Source: Eubacteriales bacterium (GTDB taxonomy: Bacteria; Bacillota; Clostridia; Oscillospirales; CAG-272). Taken from it: a DNA stretch of 52,416 nt. The stretch spans positions 1 through 52,416 of the forward strand of contig JAZNOI010000119.1 in assembly GCA_045580755.1 (NCBI GenBank), given 5' to 3'. Position 1 is the first letter of the stretch. Every line of letters starts with the position of its first letter. The notes under the pieces are model-generated. The model made no database searches, was not told the DNA's origin, and was given only the letters and a program-made list of their open reading frames with translations. Shown one piece after another: positions 30,562 to 38,414 of the stretch. The position numbers and the translations under genes were made by a program.

Positions 30562-31191
30562 CTATATATTTTTTATTTTTACAATGTTGTTTTCTACGGA
30601 AAGTTTTTCGTTGCAAAGCAGATCGAGGGCTTTGGGAAGTATCTCCCATTCTGCATTTTCCATAACTCTTTTTTGCAACGTTTCGGGTGTGTCGTTTTCT
30701 TCAATATAAACGGCTTTTTGAAGGATTATCGGACCTCCGTCTGCAATCTCATTTACAAAATGGACTGTAGCCCCCGTAACTTTCACCCCTTTTTCAAGTG
30801 CGGCTTTGTGCACTCTGAGTCCGTAAAAACCCTCTCCGCAGAACGAGGGGATCAATGCGGGGTGGACGTTCAAAATTTTGTTTTGGTATCTGTTTATTAT
30901 CTCTCCGCTTAAAATGTGCATAAAGCCTGCAAGAACGATAATGTCTATATCACATTCTTCAAGTTTTTTGAGAATGGAGTTTGAAAAGTCCTCTCTGCTG
31001 TGTCCTTTTTGGATAACACAGCTTTCGATTCCGTTATTTGACGCCCTTTCCAAAGCGTATGCATTGGGGTTGCTCGAAAGAACAAGGGCGAGTTTACCGT
31101 TTGTAATATTACCCTCCTTGAAGGCATCGATGATAGCTTGCAGATTAGTTCCGCCGCCCGAAACGAGAACGGCAATGTTTTTCGTCTTCAT
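30562..31191 (-). CDS. purN: phosphoribosylglycinamide formyltransferase
   Basis: [40 protein letters not shown]; start moved to MKTKN. Confidence 0.96.
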   Translation of the reverse strand: MKTKNIAVLVSGGGTNLQAIIDAFKEGNITNGKLALVLSSNPNAYALERASNNGIESCVIQKGHSREDFSNSILKKLEECDIDIIVLAGFMHILSGEIINRYQNKILNVHPALIPSFCGEGFYGLRVHKAALEKGVKVTGATVHFVNEIADGGPIILQKAVYIEENDTPETLQKRVMENAEWEILPKALDLLCNEKLSVENNIVKIKNI

Positions 31192-31192
31192 A

Positions 31193-32581
31193 TCAGTTTT
31201 CTCCCGGTACGTGAACTGGATATTTACCCGTAAAACAAGCGTCGCAGTATTCGATGCTGGAATCTTTCGCAATGGTCTTAAGATCGCTGATGTCAAGATA
31301 TGCCAAGCTGTCTGCGCCGATCTCTTTTCTGATCTCGTCGAGAGTCAGACGGCAGGCGATAAGCTTGTCTCTCGATGCAATGTCCGTACCGAAATAGCAA
31401 GGATTGAGAAACGGCGGGGAAGAGATACGGAAGTGAACTTCTGTAGCTCCGGCGTGTCTTAACAGCTCTATGAGGTGAGCGCACGTCGTTCCTCTGACTA
31501 TTGAGTCGTCAACGACGACAACTCGTTTTCCTTTGAGGACTGCGGGCATGGGATTAAGTTTAAGTCTGACGAGGTTTTCTCTTTCCCCTTGCCCCGTTTG
31601 GATAAACGTTCTGCCTATGTAGCGGTTTTTGTTCAGTCCGACGCTGTACGGGATACCCGATTCGGCGGCATATCCGAGTGCGGCATCAAGACCGCTGTCG
31701 GGAACACCGATTACTATATCAGCGATATCTTTGGAGTCGCGTTTTGCGAGGCAACGGCCGGCTTCCTGTCTTGCAAAGTGAACGCTTTGACCGTCTATTA
31801 TTGAGTCGGGGCGTGCAAAATAAATGTGTTCGAAAATACATCCTGAAGTCTTCTGGCCGCATTTTTCTGTAATCGAGTGTATTCCTTGGTCAGTAACCGT
31901 AACGACTTCTCCGGGGAGAATGTCTCTGATGAATTCGCCGCCAATAGCATCAATAGCACATGACTCGGAAGCGAAGATCGTAGCCCCGTTGAGTTTACCC
32001 ATACAAAGAGGTCTGAATCCCTTGGGGTCTCGCACCGCAATAAGCTTGTTCGGTGTCATAATTACGAGCGAGTAAGCTCCGCTCACTCTGTCCATAATCC
32101 TTACGAGTGCGTCTTCCGTCGAAAGTGTCTTGAGTCTTTCTCTTGAAATAAGATACGCAAAAATCTCGGCGTCGGAGCTTGTGTGGAACATAGCGCCTGC
32201 ATCTTCGAGACTTTGTCTCATTTCGTTTGCACCGACGAGTGAACCGTTGAATGATACGGCGATCTGACCTTTCGTATATTTTGAAACGTAGGGAAGGTTG
32301 TTTTCTCTTCCTTTGTTTTCGGAAGAGGCATAACGAACGTGTCCGACTGCAATATTACCTTTGAGGTAATTCAAGATCATTTCGTTAAAGACTTCGTTTA
32401 ACAGACCTTCGTCGTTGTGGTTATAAATTTTTCCTTCATTGTTTACAGCGATGCCGCAGCTTTGCTGACCTCTGTGTTGGAGCGCGTAAAGGCCCGAATA
32501 CGTAGCCTGCGTAACGTTGATTTTTTTTGCGGGATCGAAAATTCCGAATACGCCGCATTCTTCGTGAATGTTTCCAAACAT
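31193..32581 (-). CDS. purF: amidophosphoribosyltransferase
   Basis: Propeptide then EE-CGVFG, LQHRGQ, GHVRY, YFARPDS, VVVDDSIVRGTT, Fe-S cysteines (CIFE, PCYFG, CDAC). Confidence 0.95.
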   Translation of the reverse strand: MFGNIHEECGVFGIFDPAKKINVTQATYSGLYALQHRGQQSCGIAVNNEGKIYNHNDEGLLNEVFNEMILNYLKGNIAVGHVRYASSENKGRENNLPYVSKYTKGQIAVSFNGSLVGANEMRQSLEDAGAMFHTSSDAEIFAYLISRERLKTLSTEDALVRIMDRVSGAYSLVIMTPNKLIAVRDPKGFRPLCMGKLNGATIFASESCAIDAIGGEFIRDILPGEVVTVTDQGIHSITEKCGQKTSGCIFEHIYFARPDSIIDGQSVHFARQEAGRCLAKRDSKDIADIVIGVPDSGLDAALGYAAESGIPYSVGLNKNRYIGRTFIQTGQGERENLVRLKLNPMPAVLKGKRVVVVDDSIVRGTTCAHLIELLRHAGATEVHFRISSPPFLNPCYFGTDIASRDKLIACRLTLDEIRKEIGADSLAYLDISDLKTIAKDSSIEYCDACFTGKYPVHVPGEN

Positions 32582-32617
32582 ATTTTATTATCCTCCGGAC
32601 GGTTGGGGTGCGTCAAG

Positions 32618-33115
32618 TCAAATGTTTTTGATTTCTTCTTGGAGCTTGGCGTCTTTTGCGCGGACGCCTTCTGCCATTTTAATCTTTTCTTCTTCAAGTT
32701 TTTTTGCCAAAGTTTCGTCTGACAATGCAATGATCTGAGCAGCAAGAATAGCCGCGTTTGCACAGCCGTCGATAGCAACTGCCGCAACGGGAACTCCGGG
32801 GGGCATCATTATTGTCGAAAGGAGTGCGTCCATACCGTCGAGAGCATCGCTCTTGATCGGAATACCGATGACGGGAAGTGTGGTATATGCTGCAAGAACA
32901 CCGCCGAGATGGGCAGCCTTTCCCGCCGCGCTTATAATAACTCCGAAACCGTTTTTCTTTGCGTTTTTTGCAAATTCGGCAGCCTCGGTGGGCGTTCTGT
33001 GTGCCGAATAAACGTGAGTTTCGAAAGGAATACCGAAATACTTCAGTTTTTCAAGACAATTTTTTACTTTCGGGAAATCGCTGTCGCTTCCCATAATAAC
33101 TGCTGCTTTTAACAT
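32618..33115 (-). CDS. purE: N5-CAIR mutase
   Basis: IMGSDSD, SAHRTP, AGKAAHLGG, PVIGIP, MPPGVPVA. Confidence 0.96.
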   Translation of the reverse strand: MLKAAVIMGSDSDFPKVKNCLEKLKYFGIPFETHVYSAHRTPTEAAEFAKNAKKNGFGVIISAAGKAAHLGGVLAAYTTLPVIGIPIKSDALDGMDALLSTIMMPPGVPVAAVAIDGCANAAILAAQIIALSDETLAKKLEEEKIKMAEGVRAKDAKLQEEIKNI

Positions 33116-33150
33116 TTTGTTCCTCCTGAGATAACAGTTTTGTCAGAATG

Positions 33151-33188
33151 AAAAACACAAAAAGGACATTCGTTTGCAGAACGTCCTT
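33151..33188 (-). terminator. terminator/attenuator in the purE leader
   Basis: RNA AAGGACGUUC-ugcaaac-GAAUGUCCUU followed by UUUGUGUUUUU, about 35 nt before purE. Confidence 0.7.
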
Positions 33189-33312
33189 AAGGGTTTATTT
33201 TTTTTGTTAAGTTGCAGTTTTCGCCGAGTGTTTTTGACAAATGGGTGCAAATGGTCTGTACAGACAAGCAAATAGAATGTTTAGCTTTCATTATGTCCGT
33301 ACGGCGAGCCAT
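33187..33312 (-). CDS. putative 41-aa leader peptide (uORF) of the pur operon
   Basis: GGAGG 7 nt before ATG; MARRTDIMKAKHSICLSVQTICTHLSKTLGENCNLTKKINP; stop codon overlaps the terminator 5' arm. Confidence 0.55.
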   Translation of the reverse strand: MARRTDIMKAKHSICLSVQTICTHLSKTLGENCNLTKKINP

Positions 33313-33348
33313 ATTAAAACCTCCGGCAAAAACAAAAAATACATTAAT

Positions 33349-33377
33349 ATTATACATATAATAATTGCAAATGTCAA
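33349..33377 (-). promoter_or_regulatory. sigma-A promoter of the pur leader/operon
   Basis: TTGACA (33377-33372), 17 bp, TATAAT (33354-33349). Confidence 0.85.
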
Positions 33378-33567
33378 TCAAAAAAACAATTTTTTTAGTG
33401 AAAAATGTACTGTGTTTTCAATTCGTTGTAAATACGGAAGATGGGTGAGAACCTTTCCTTTTCTCGTTATCAATCATATTTATGGATACATTATATAATG
33501 CATCAGTCTATATGTAAAGTGGAAAAATAGGATATCATCTAAAAAATATATAATGGAGAGATATCTT

Positions 33568-33780
33568 ATGATAAAATTACGTGTTTTGGAGTTACTGAAC
33601 GAAAAGGGAAAGACGAAATACTGGTTATACAAACAGCTTGGAATGAGTTATCAGAATTTCAGCAAGATGATCAATAACCAAACCAAATCCATTCGTTATG
33701 AAAACATAGAAACTATGTGTTTATTGTTCGAGTGCACACCTAACGAGTTATTTGAAATAACCGAAGACGGTGATTGTTAA
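33568..33780 (+). CDS. small Cro/CI-type (XRE) helix-turn-helix regulator
   Basis: MIKLRVLELL...TKYWLYKQLGMSYQNFSKMINNQTKSI...LFECTPNELF; GGAGAG RBS. Confidence 0.85.
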   Translation: MIKLRVLELLNEKGKTKYWLYKQLGMSYQNFSKMINNQTKSIRYENIETMCLLFECTPNELFEITEDGDC

Positions 33781-33796
33781 TATTTTTTGTAAACAC

Positions 33797-33824
33797 TTTA
33801 CAAATGGGAAAAAGTGTGTATAAT
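33797..33824 (+). promoter_or_regulatory. sigma-A promoter of cysE-cysS
   Basis: TTTACA, 16 bp, TATAAT just before the T-box leader. Confidence 0.7.
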
Positions 33825-33839
33825 GATATAAGAAGAATA

Positions 33840-34060
33840 ATGCGGTGATCGGGAAAATGCCGTCAAGAAAGGTTTTTAAAAGGGTTCAGAGACGTGTGTC
33901 ATTTTGGTGAGAGACACATACCCGCCGAGACGGAAGTGCGCCCGTGAGCAGGTGCCAATCACACCCGCTTTGTCAGCGATAAAGGACACGCAAGTTATAA
34001 ACCGAAGTGGAACCGCGGGAATTTACCGCCTTTGAGTAATATCAAAGGCGATTTTTTGTT
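33840..34060 (+). promoter_or_regulatory. cysteine T-box riboswitch
   Basis: Stem I elements (CAGAGA, GGTGAGA), specifier GAAG-TGC (Cys, 33937-33939), T-box AAGTGGAACCGCG (34005-34017), terminator CGCCTTTGA...TCAAAGGCG-ATTTTTT. Confidence 0.92.
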
Positions 34061-34080
34061 TTAAAGGGGAGACTGTGTGA

Positions 34081-34887
34081 ATGAAAATGAAAAAAGATAT
34101 TTTTGACGTGATTGCCGATGTGATCGACAGTGAGCCTGTGAAAATGGTCAAGGTTTACTGCAAGGAGAGCCGGGCGGTAAAGTGTTTGAAAAACATAAAG
34201 GAGACCGTTGCCGAGGACGTAAAAACGGTAAAGGAAAGAGACCCTGCCGCATCGAGTACGGCAGAGGTATTGTTGCTTTATTCCGGACTTCACGCTTTAT
34301 GGGCGCACAGAATATCGCACGCTCTTTATAAAAAGAATCACAAGTTTTCCGCAAGGCTGATAAGCCAGGCGGCAAAAACGATTACCGGAATAGAGATACA
34401 TCCGGGAGCGACGATAGGCAAGAACTTGTTTATTGACCACGGTGCCGGCGTTGTTATCGGAGAGACGACGGAGATCGGAGACAACTGTACGTTGTATCAG
34501 GGAGTTACCCTCGGCGGTACGGGAAAAGATACGGGAAAGAGACACCCGACTTTAGGAAACAACGTTATGGTGGGAGCGGGAGCGAGAGTGCTCGGCCCGT
34601 TTAAAGTAGGCGACGGTTCAAAAATTGCCGCAAACGCAGTCGTTTTGAACGAGGTTCCCGAAAACTGTACCGCAGTCGGAATACCCGCCAAGGTCGTAAA
34701 ACGCAACAATAAAAGGGTTGCCGACGACCTCGACCATATTCACATTCCCGACCCCGTTGCTCAGGAAATATCTCGTCTTGAAGCGAGAATAGCCGAGCTT
34801 GAAAAGGGGATCGTGAACACGAAAAAAGAGACTAAGCCCAGACAGCCGAGAAAGAAAAAAACGGCTGAAAGTGCAGATAAACAGTAA
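34081..34887 (+). CDS. cysE: serine O-acetyltransferase
   Basis: ERDPAA, TGIEIHPGATIG, FIDHGAGVVIGET, TGKRHPT hexapeptide repeats; exact start uncertain. Confidence 0.95.
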   Translation: MKMKKDIFDVIADVIDSEPVKMVKVYCKESRAVKCLKNIKETVAEDVKTVKERDPAASSTAEVLLLYSGLHALWAHRISHALYKKNHKFSARLISQAAKTITGIEIHPGATIGKNLFIDHGAGVVIGETTEIGDNCTLYQGVTLGGTGKDTGKRHPTLGNNVMVGAGARVLGPFKVGDGSKIAANAVVLNEVPENCTAVGIPAKVVKRNNKRVADDLDHIHIPDPVAQEISRLEARIAELEKGIVNTKKETKPRQPRKKKTAESADKQ

Positions 34888-34928
34888 AAAGGCAGTATAT
34901 AATTTACTTAAATAGGAGAATATAGGAA

Positions 34929-36329
34929 ATGAAACTTTATAACACTTTGACAAGACAAAAGAGCGATTTTACCCCTCTTGACGGCAATACGGTCAGAATT
35001 TATTCATGCGGTCCTACCGTTTACGGATATGCTCATATAGGTAATATGAGAACCTACGTGTTTATGGACTTTTTGCGCAGAACGCTTCAGTGGAACGGCT
35101 ATAAGCTTCTTCATGCAATGAATATAACAGACGTAGGTCATCTTGTAAGCGACTCCGACGACGGAGAAGACAAGATGAACAAGACTGCACGCGAACAGAA
35201 AAAGACCCCCTGGGAGATCGCCGAATATTATACGGGTGTGTTTTTGCGCGATATTGACAGGTTGAATATTCAGCGCCCCGAGATCGTTCCTAAGGCGACT
35301 ATGCATATTCAGGAAATGATAGAATTTGTTCAGGGTCTTTTGAAAACGGGATATGCTTACGAAACGAGCGACGGTATTTATTACGACATAAAGAAGTTCA
35401 AGGACTACGGTAAGCTTTCGAGAATGAATTTTGACGAAAACCAGGCGGGTGCCCGTGTTGAAGTAAACAGCGAAAAGCGTCATCCCGCAGATTTTGCTCT
35501 TTGGAAAAAGGCAGACCCCACGCATATCATGCAGTGGGAATCCCCCTGGGGAATGGGTTATCCCGGCTGGCACATTGAATGCTCGGCTATGGGTCTTAAA
35601 TACCTCGGAGAAGAGTTTGATATTCATACAGGCGGTGTTGACCATATTCCGATACACCATGAAAATGAGATCGCGCAGACGTGCGGACTTTTGGGACATC
35701 CTGCGGCAAAATGGTGGATACACGGCGAATTTATGCTTGTTGACGGCGGTAAAATGTCGAAGAGCCTCGGAAATACTTATACTCTTGACCAGCTTCAGGA
35801 AAAGGGTTATTCGCCTATGGTATTCAGATATTTCTGCTTGAATGCACATTACAGTCAGAAGCTCAACTTCACGTTTGAGGGCATGGATTCAGCTAAAAAA
35901 TCTTTGAAGAATCTTAAAAATCAGATCAAGAAGCATAAGGGTGCCGACGGAAAGGTTGACGAGTCCGTTCTTGCCAAATTTACAGCTGAATTTGAAGAGG
36001 CTATAAACGACGATTTGAATATTCCGAAGGCGTTGGGTGCCGTATGGAATATGGCGAGATATGAAACCAAATCGAATGATATATATGATCTTATCATTCG
36101 TTGCGATGCGATCCTTGGCATTGATCTTGACAAGGAAGACGTTGAAGAAGAGGTTGCAAACACCGTAGATACAGACCTTGACAGAGAGATCAAAGAGCAG
36201 ATAGCTCTCAGACTCGAGGCTAAAAAGGCTAAGAATTACGCAGAAGCAGACAGAATAAGAAACGAGCTTGCGGCTCGCGGAATAATTCTCACTGATACAA
36301 AAGAGGGAACTACTTATTCTATAAAATAA
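34929..36329 (+). CDS. cysS: cysteine--tRNA ligase
   Basis: CGPTVY, HIGN, DFALWK, PGWHIECS, HHENE, KMSKS. Confidence 0.97.
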   Translation: MKLYNTLTRQKSDFTPLDGNTVRIYSCGPTVYGYAHIGNMRTYVFMDFLRRTLQWNGYKLLHAMNITDVGHLVSDSDDGEDKMNKTAREQKKTPWEIAEYYTGVFLRDIDRLNIQRPEIVPKATMHIQEMIEFVQGLLKTGYAYETSDGIYYDIKKFKDYGKLSRMNFDENQAGARVEVNSEKRHPADFALWKKADPTHIMQWESPWGMGYPGWHIECSAMGLKYLGEEFDIHTGGVDHIPIHHENEIAQTCGLLGHPAAKWWIHGEFMLVDGGKMSKSLGNTYTLDQLQEKGYSPMVFRYFCLNAHYSQKLNFTFEGMDSAKKSLKNLKNQIKKHKGADGKVDESVLAKFTAEFEEAINDDLNIPKALGAVWNMARYETKSNDIYDLIIRCDAILGIDLDKEDVEEEVANTVDTDLDREIKEQIALRLEAKKAKNYAEADRIRNELAARGIILTDTKEGTTYSIK

Positions 36330-36344
36330 AAATGAGGTAAACAG

Positions 36345-37805
36345 ATGCTGAAAAAAATCGCACTGATATTTCTGGTGCTCACACTTTGTGCGGTGAGCAT
36401 GACATCGTGTTTTATCGTTGTAAAGAATGATACTCCGACTGTCGAGACGGAGGTTGAAACGGTTGAAAGGGTGGAGACTCTTCCGCCGAAACCGGATCCG
36501 CTGGAGGCGGGGAAAAAAGAGGCGGAAAAGGCGCTCGAAGGATTGTTTGAAGACAAGGACCTTGAAAAAAAGAGCTTGACTATGGTCGCTTCAGACGACG
36601 CTTTTATAAAATTCAGCTCTAACCAGGGAAGCGAATATTCAAAAGCCCTTCAGTTTCAGAATGAGTTGATATCGAAAAAACTGAACGGAACAGTTTACGT
36701 AAACAGACAGCCGTATCAGGCGTTTTTGAATGATATTCGTTCTGCAAAAGACACCGGAGAGTTTTACGCCGATCTTTTGCTCGTCCCCCAAAGGAGCTTA
36801 GGGCTTCTCCGCCAAAGCGGCTTGATACAAGACCTGAACGCCTTGTACGGAGATGCTTTTACCGATGAATGTTTTGATGCCGAAGAGACTCTTCAGGGCG
36901 TCGGCAGAACCTCTATGTACGGAGTTATCGGAGACGGATCAATAAATCCCGGCGCATATTACTGTGTATATTTTAATAAGGACCTAACCGACAGGAAAGG
37001 ATTGACAGCTTCTTTATACGAGGCGGCTGAAAAAGGCGAATGGAACCTTGACAAGCTTATCGAGGTTGCCGAAACTTGTATGGCACCCGGCGACGGCGAA
37101 GAGACAGCAAGCAAAAAGATGGGTATCGGAGCCGACAGTCAGGGAACTCTTATAAATACTTTGTTCGGGGCTTCCGGTATGAAATTTTTTAAAACGGCTG
37201 CGGGGGAATTGCCCACTGTGGCTGATAACGGCGAACGTTTTGATGTCTTTACGGCAAAGCTGAAAGAACTTATGATGTTTTCCGAGGTCTTTTGGCTGGG
37301 AGACGATGCTTACGAAAGATTTGAAAACGGAGAGATCGTGTTTTATGTAGACACTCTGGGAGTGTCAAAGGAGCTTTCCTCGAACATCGGTATTTTGCCT
37401 GTGCCTAAATTTGATGCGGCGCAAGAAGAATACCATACTCCGACTTCGGGAGAAGGATTGGTATTTGCAGTTCCTGCCGTCGGAGCACACACCGAGTATT
37501 CCGCAGATCTTATCAGGGCGTACAACGAAACCGCGGCAGTTATGAGAGATGCTTGGTTGAGAGATTTTCTCGACAACGTGCTCAGAGACCCGGAATCGTA
37601 TGAAATGCTCAAGATCATTTTCGAGAACCCTTCGTATGACTTTGCATATATGTACGGCGAGGTCTATCATTCGGTTGCGGAGTCGAGCTACAATGCTTTG
37701 TTCCAAACGATAACGTCAGACGTTAATTTCGATGCTTACGTTAATATGAACACGTTCCAATTTGCTATGGAGACAGCGATGATATTTCCCGTAACGAATG
37801 GGTAA
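36345..37805 (+). CDS. extracellular solute-binding lipoprotein (ABC-type, orphan)
   Basis: Signal peptide with lipobox SMTSC; VYFNKDL, GEWNLDKL, FENGEIVF, GILPVPKFD, RDPESYEMLKII pattern. Confidence 0.7.
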   Translation: MLKKIALIFLVLTLCAVSMTSCFIVVKNDTPTVETEVETVERVETLPPKPDPLEAGKKEAEKALEGLFEDKDLEKKSLTMVASDDAFIKFSSNQGSEYSKALQFQNELISKKLNGTVYVNRQPYQAFLNDIRSAKDTGEFYADLLLVPQRSLGLLRQSGLIQDLNALYGDAFTDECFDAEETLQGVGRTSMYGVIGDGSINPGAYYCVYFNKDLTDRKGLTASLYEAAEKGEWNLDKLIEVAETCMAPGDGEETASKKMGIGADSQGTLINTLFGASGMKFFKTAAGELPTVADNGERFDVFTAKLKELMMFSEVFWLGDDAYERFENGEIVFYVDTLGVSKELSSNIGILPVPKFDAAQEEYHTPTSGEGLVFAVPAVGAHTEYSADLIRAYNETAAVMRDAWLRDFLDNVLRDPESYEMLKIIFENPSYDFAYMYGEVYHSVAESSYNALFQTITSDVNFDAYVNMNTFQFAMETAMIFPVTNG

Positions 37806-37837
37806 TTGTAAACAAAGTGTTAAATAACCGAAATCCC

Positions 37838-37866
37838 TTTACAAAAAGGGGAAAATGTGGTATATT
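37838..37866 (+). promoter_or_regulatory. promoter of rpsO
   Basis: TTTACA, 17 bp, TGgTATATT. Confidence 0.65.
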
Positions 37867-37877
37867 TACAAGGTATG

Positions 37878-37960
37878 TAATCGCAAACTCGGTTTTCGGA
37901 CAAAAAAGCCAAGAATGCTTTGCTTCACCGACCGATTGCTTAGTTTATGCGAAAATAAAA
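37878..37960 (+). promoter_or_regulatory. Firmicutes-type S15 autoregulatory leader
   Basis: TCGCAAACT...AGTTTATGCGA enclosing stem with internal TCACCGAC..TTGCT, directly 5' of rpsO. Confidence 0.5.
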
Positions 37961-37976
37961 TATGAGGTGAAAAACT

Positions 37977-38240
37977 ATGTTGAAAGAACAGAAACAGCAG
38001 ATCATCGAAGCTAACAAGCTTCACGACGGAGACACAGGATCCCCCGAAGTACAGATTGCTATCCTTACGGACAGAATCAATACTCTCACAGAGCATCTTA
38101 AGAAGAACGCAAACGACCACCATTCCAGACGCGGCTTGCTCAAGATGGTAGGACGCAGAAGAAATCTTCTTAACTATCTTACAAAGAAGGATATCAACCG
38201 CTATCGTGCGATTATCGAAAAACTCGGTATCCGTAAATAA
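37977..38240 (+). CDS. rpsO: 30S ribosomal protein S15
   Basis: [35 protein letters not shown]. Confidence 0.98.
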   Translation: MLKEQKQQIIEANKLHDGDTGSPEVQIAILTDRINTLTEHLKKNANDHHSRRGLLKMVGRRRNLLNYLTKKDINRYRAIIEKLGIRK

Positions 38241-38251
38241 GACACGCTTAA

Positions 38252-38288
38252 AATGGGGCAGAATTTTACGGTTCTGCCCTATTAATTT
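38252..38288 (+). terminator. terminator-like hairpin after rpsO
   Basis: AATGGGGCAGAA...TTCTGCCCTATT with a weak U tail. Confidence 0.55.
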
Positions 38289-38414
38289 ATAAAAACAAAA
38301 AACAAAAACGGCATAGTGGTTTAGCAGTTACATAGATGCCCGAGCGGTTTTGTTCGGACTGCTATATAAGTGCTAAAACCTATGACCGCGAGAATGAAAA
38401 AACGGAGGAAGAAA

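Noticed and set aside
33166-33176. PurR-box-like CAAACGAATGT
   Set aside because: Single, lies in the terminator hairpin far downstream of the promoter; better explained as RNA structure, though not excluded.
33290-33330. AATATGGCTCG resembling a purine riboswitch loop upstream of purE
   Set aside because: The core GUUUCUACC...CCGUAAA...GACUA elements are absent.
33380-33560. Replication origin at the strand switch
   Set aside because: No cluster of TTATCCACA DnaA boxes and no dnaA/dnaN/gidA context.
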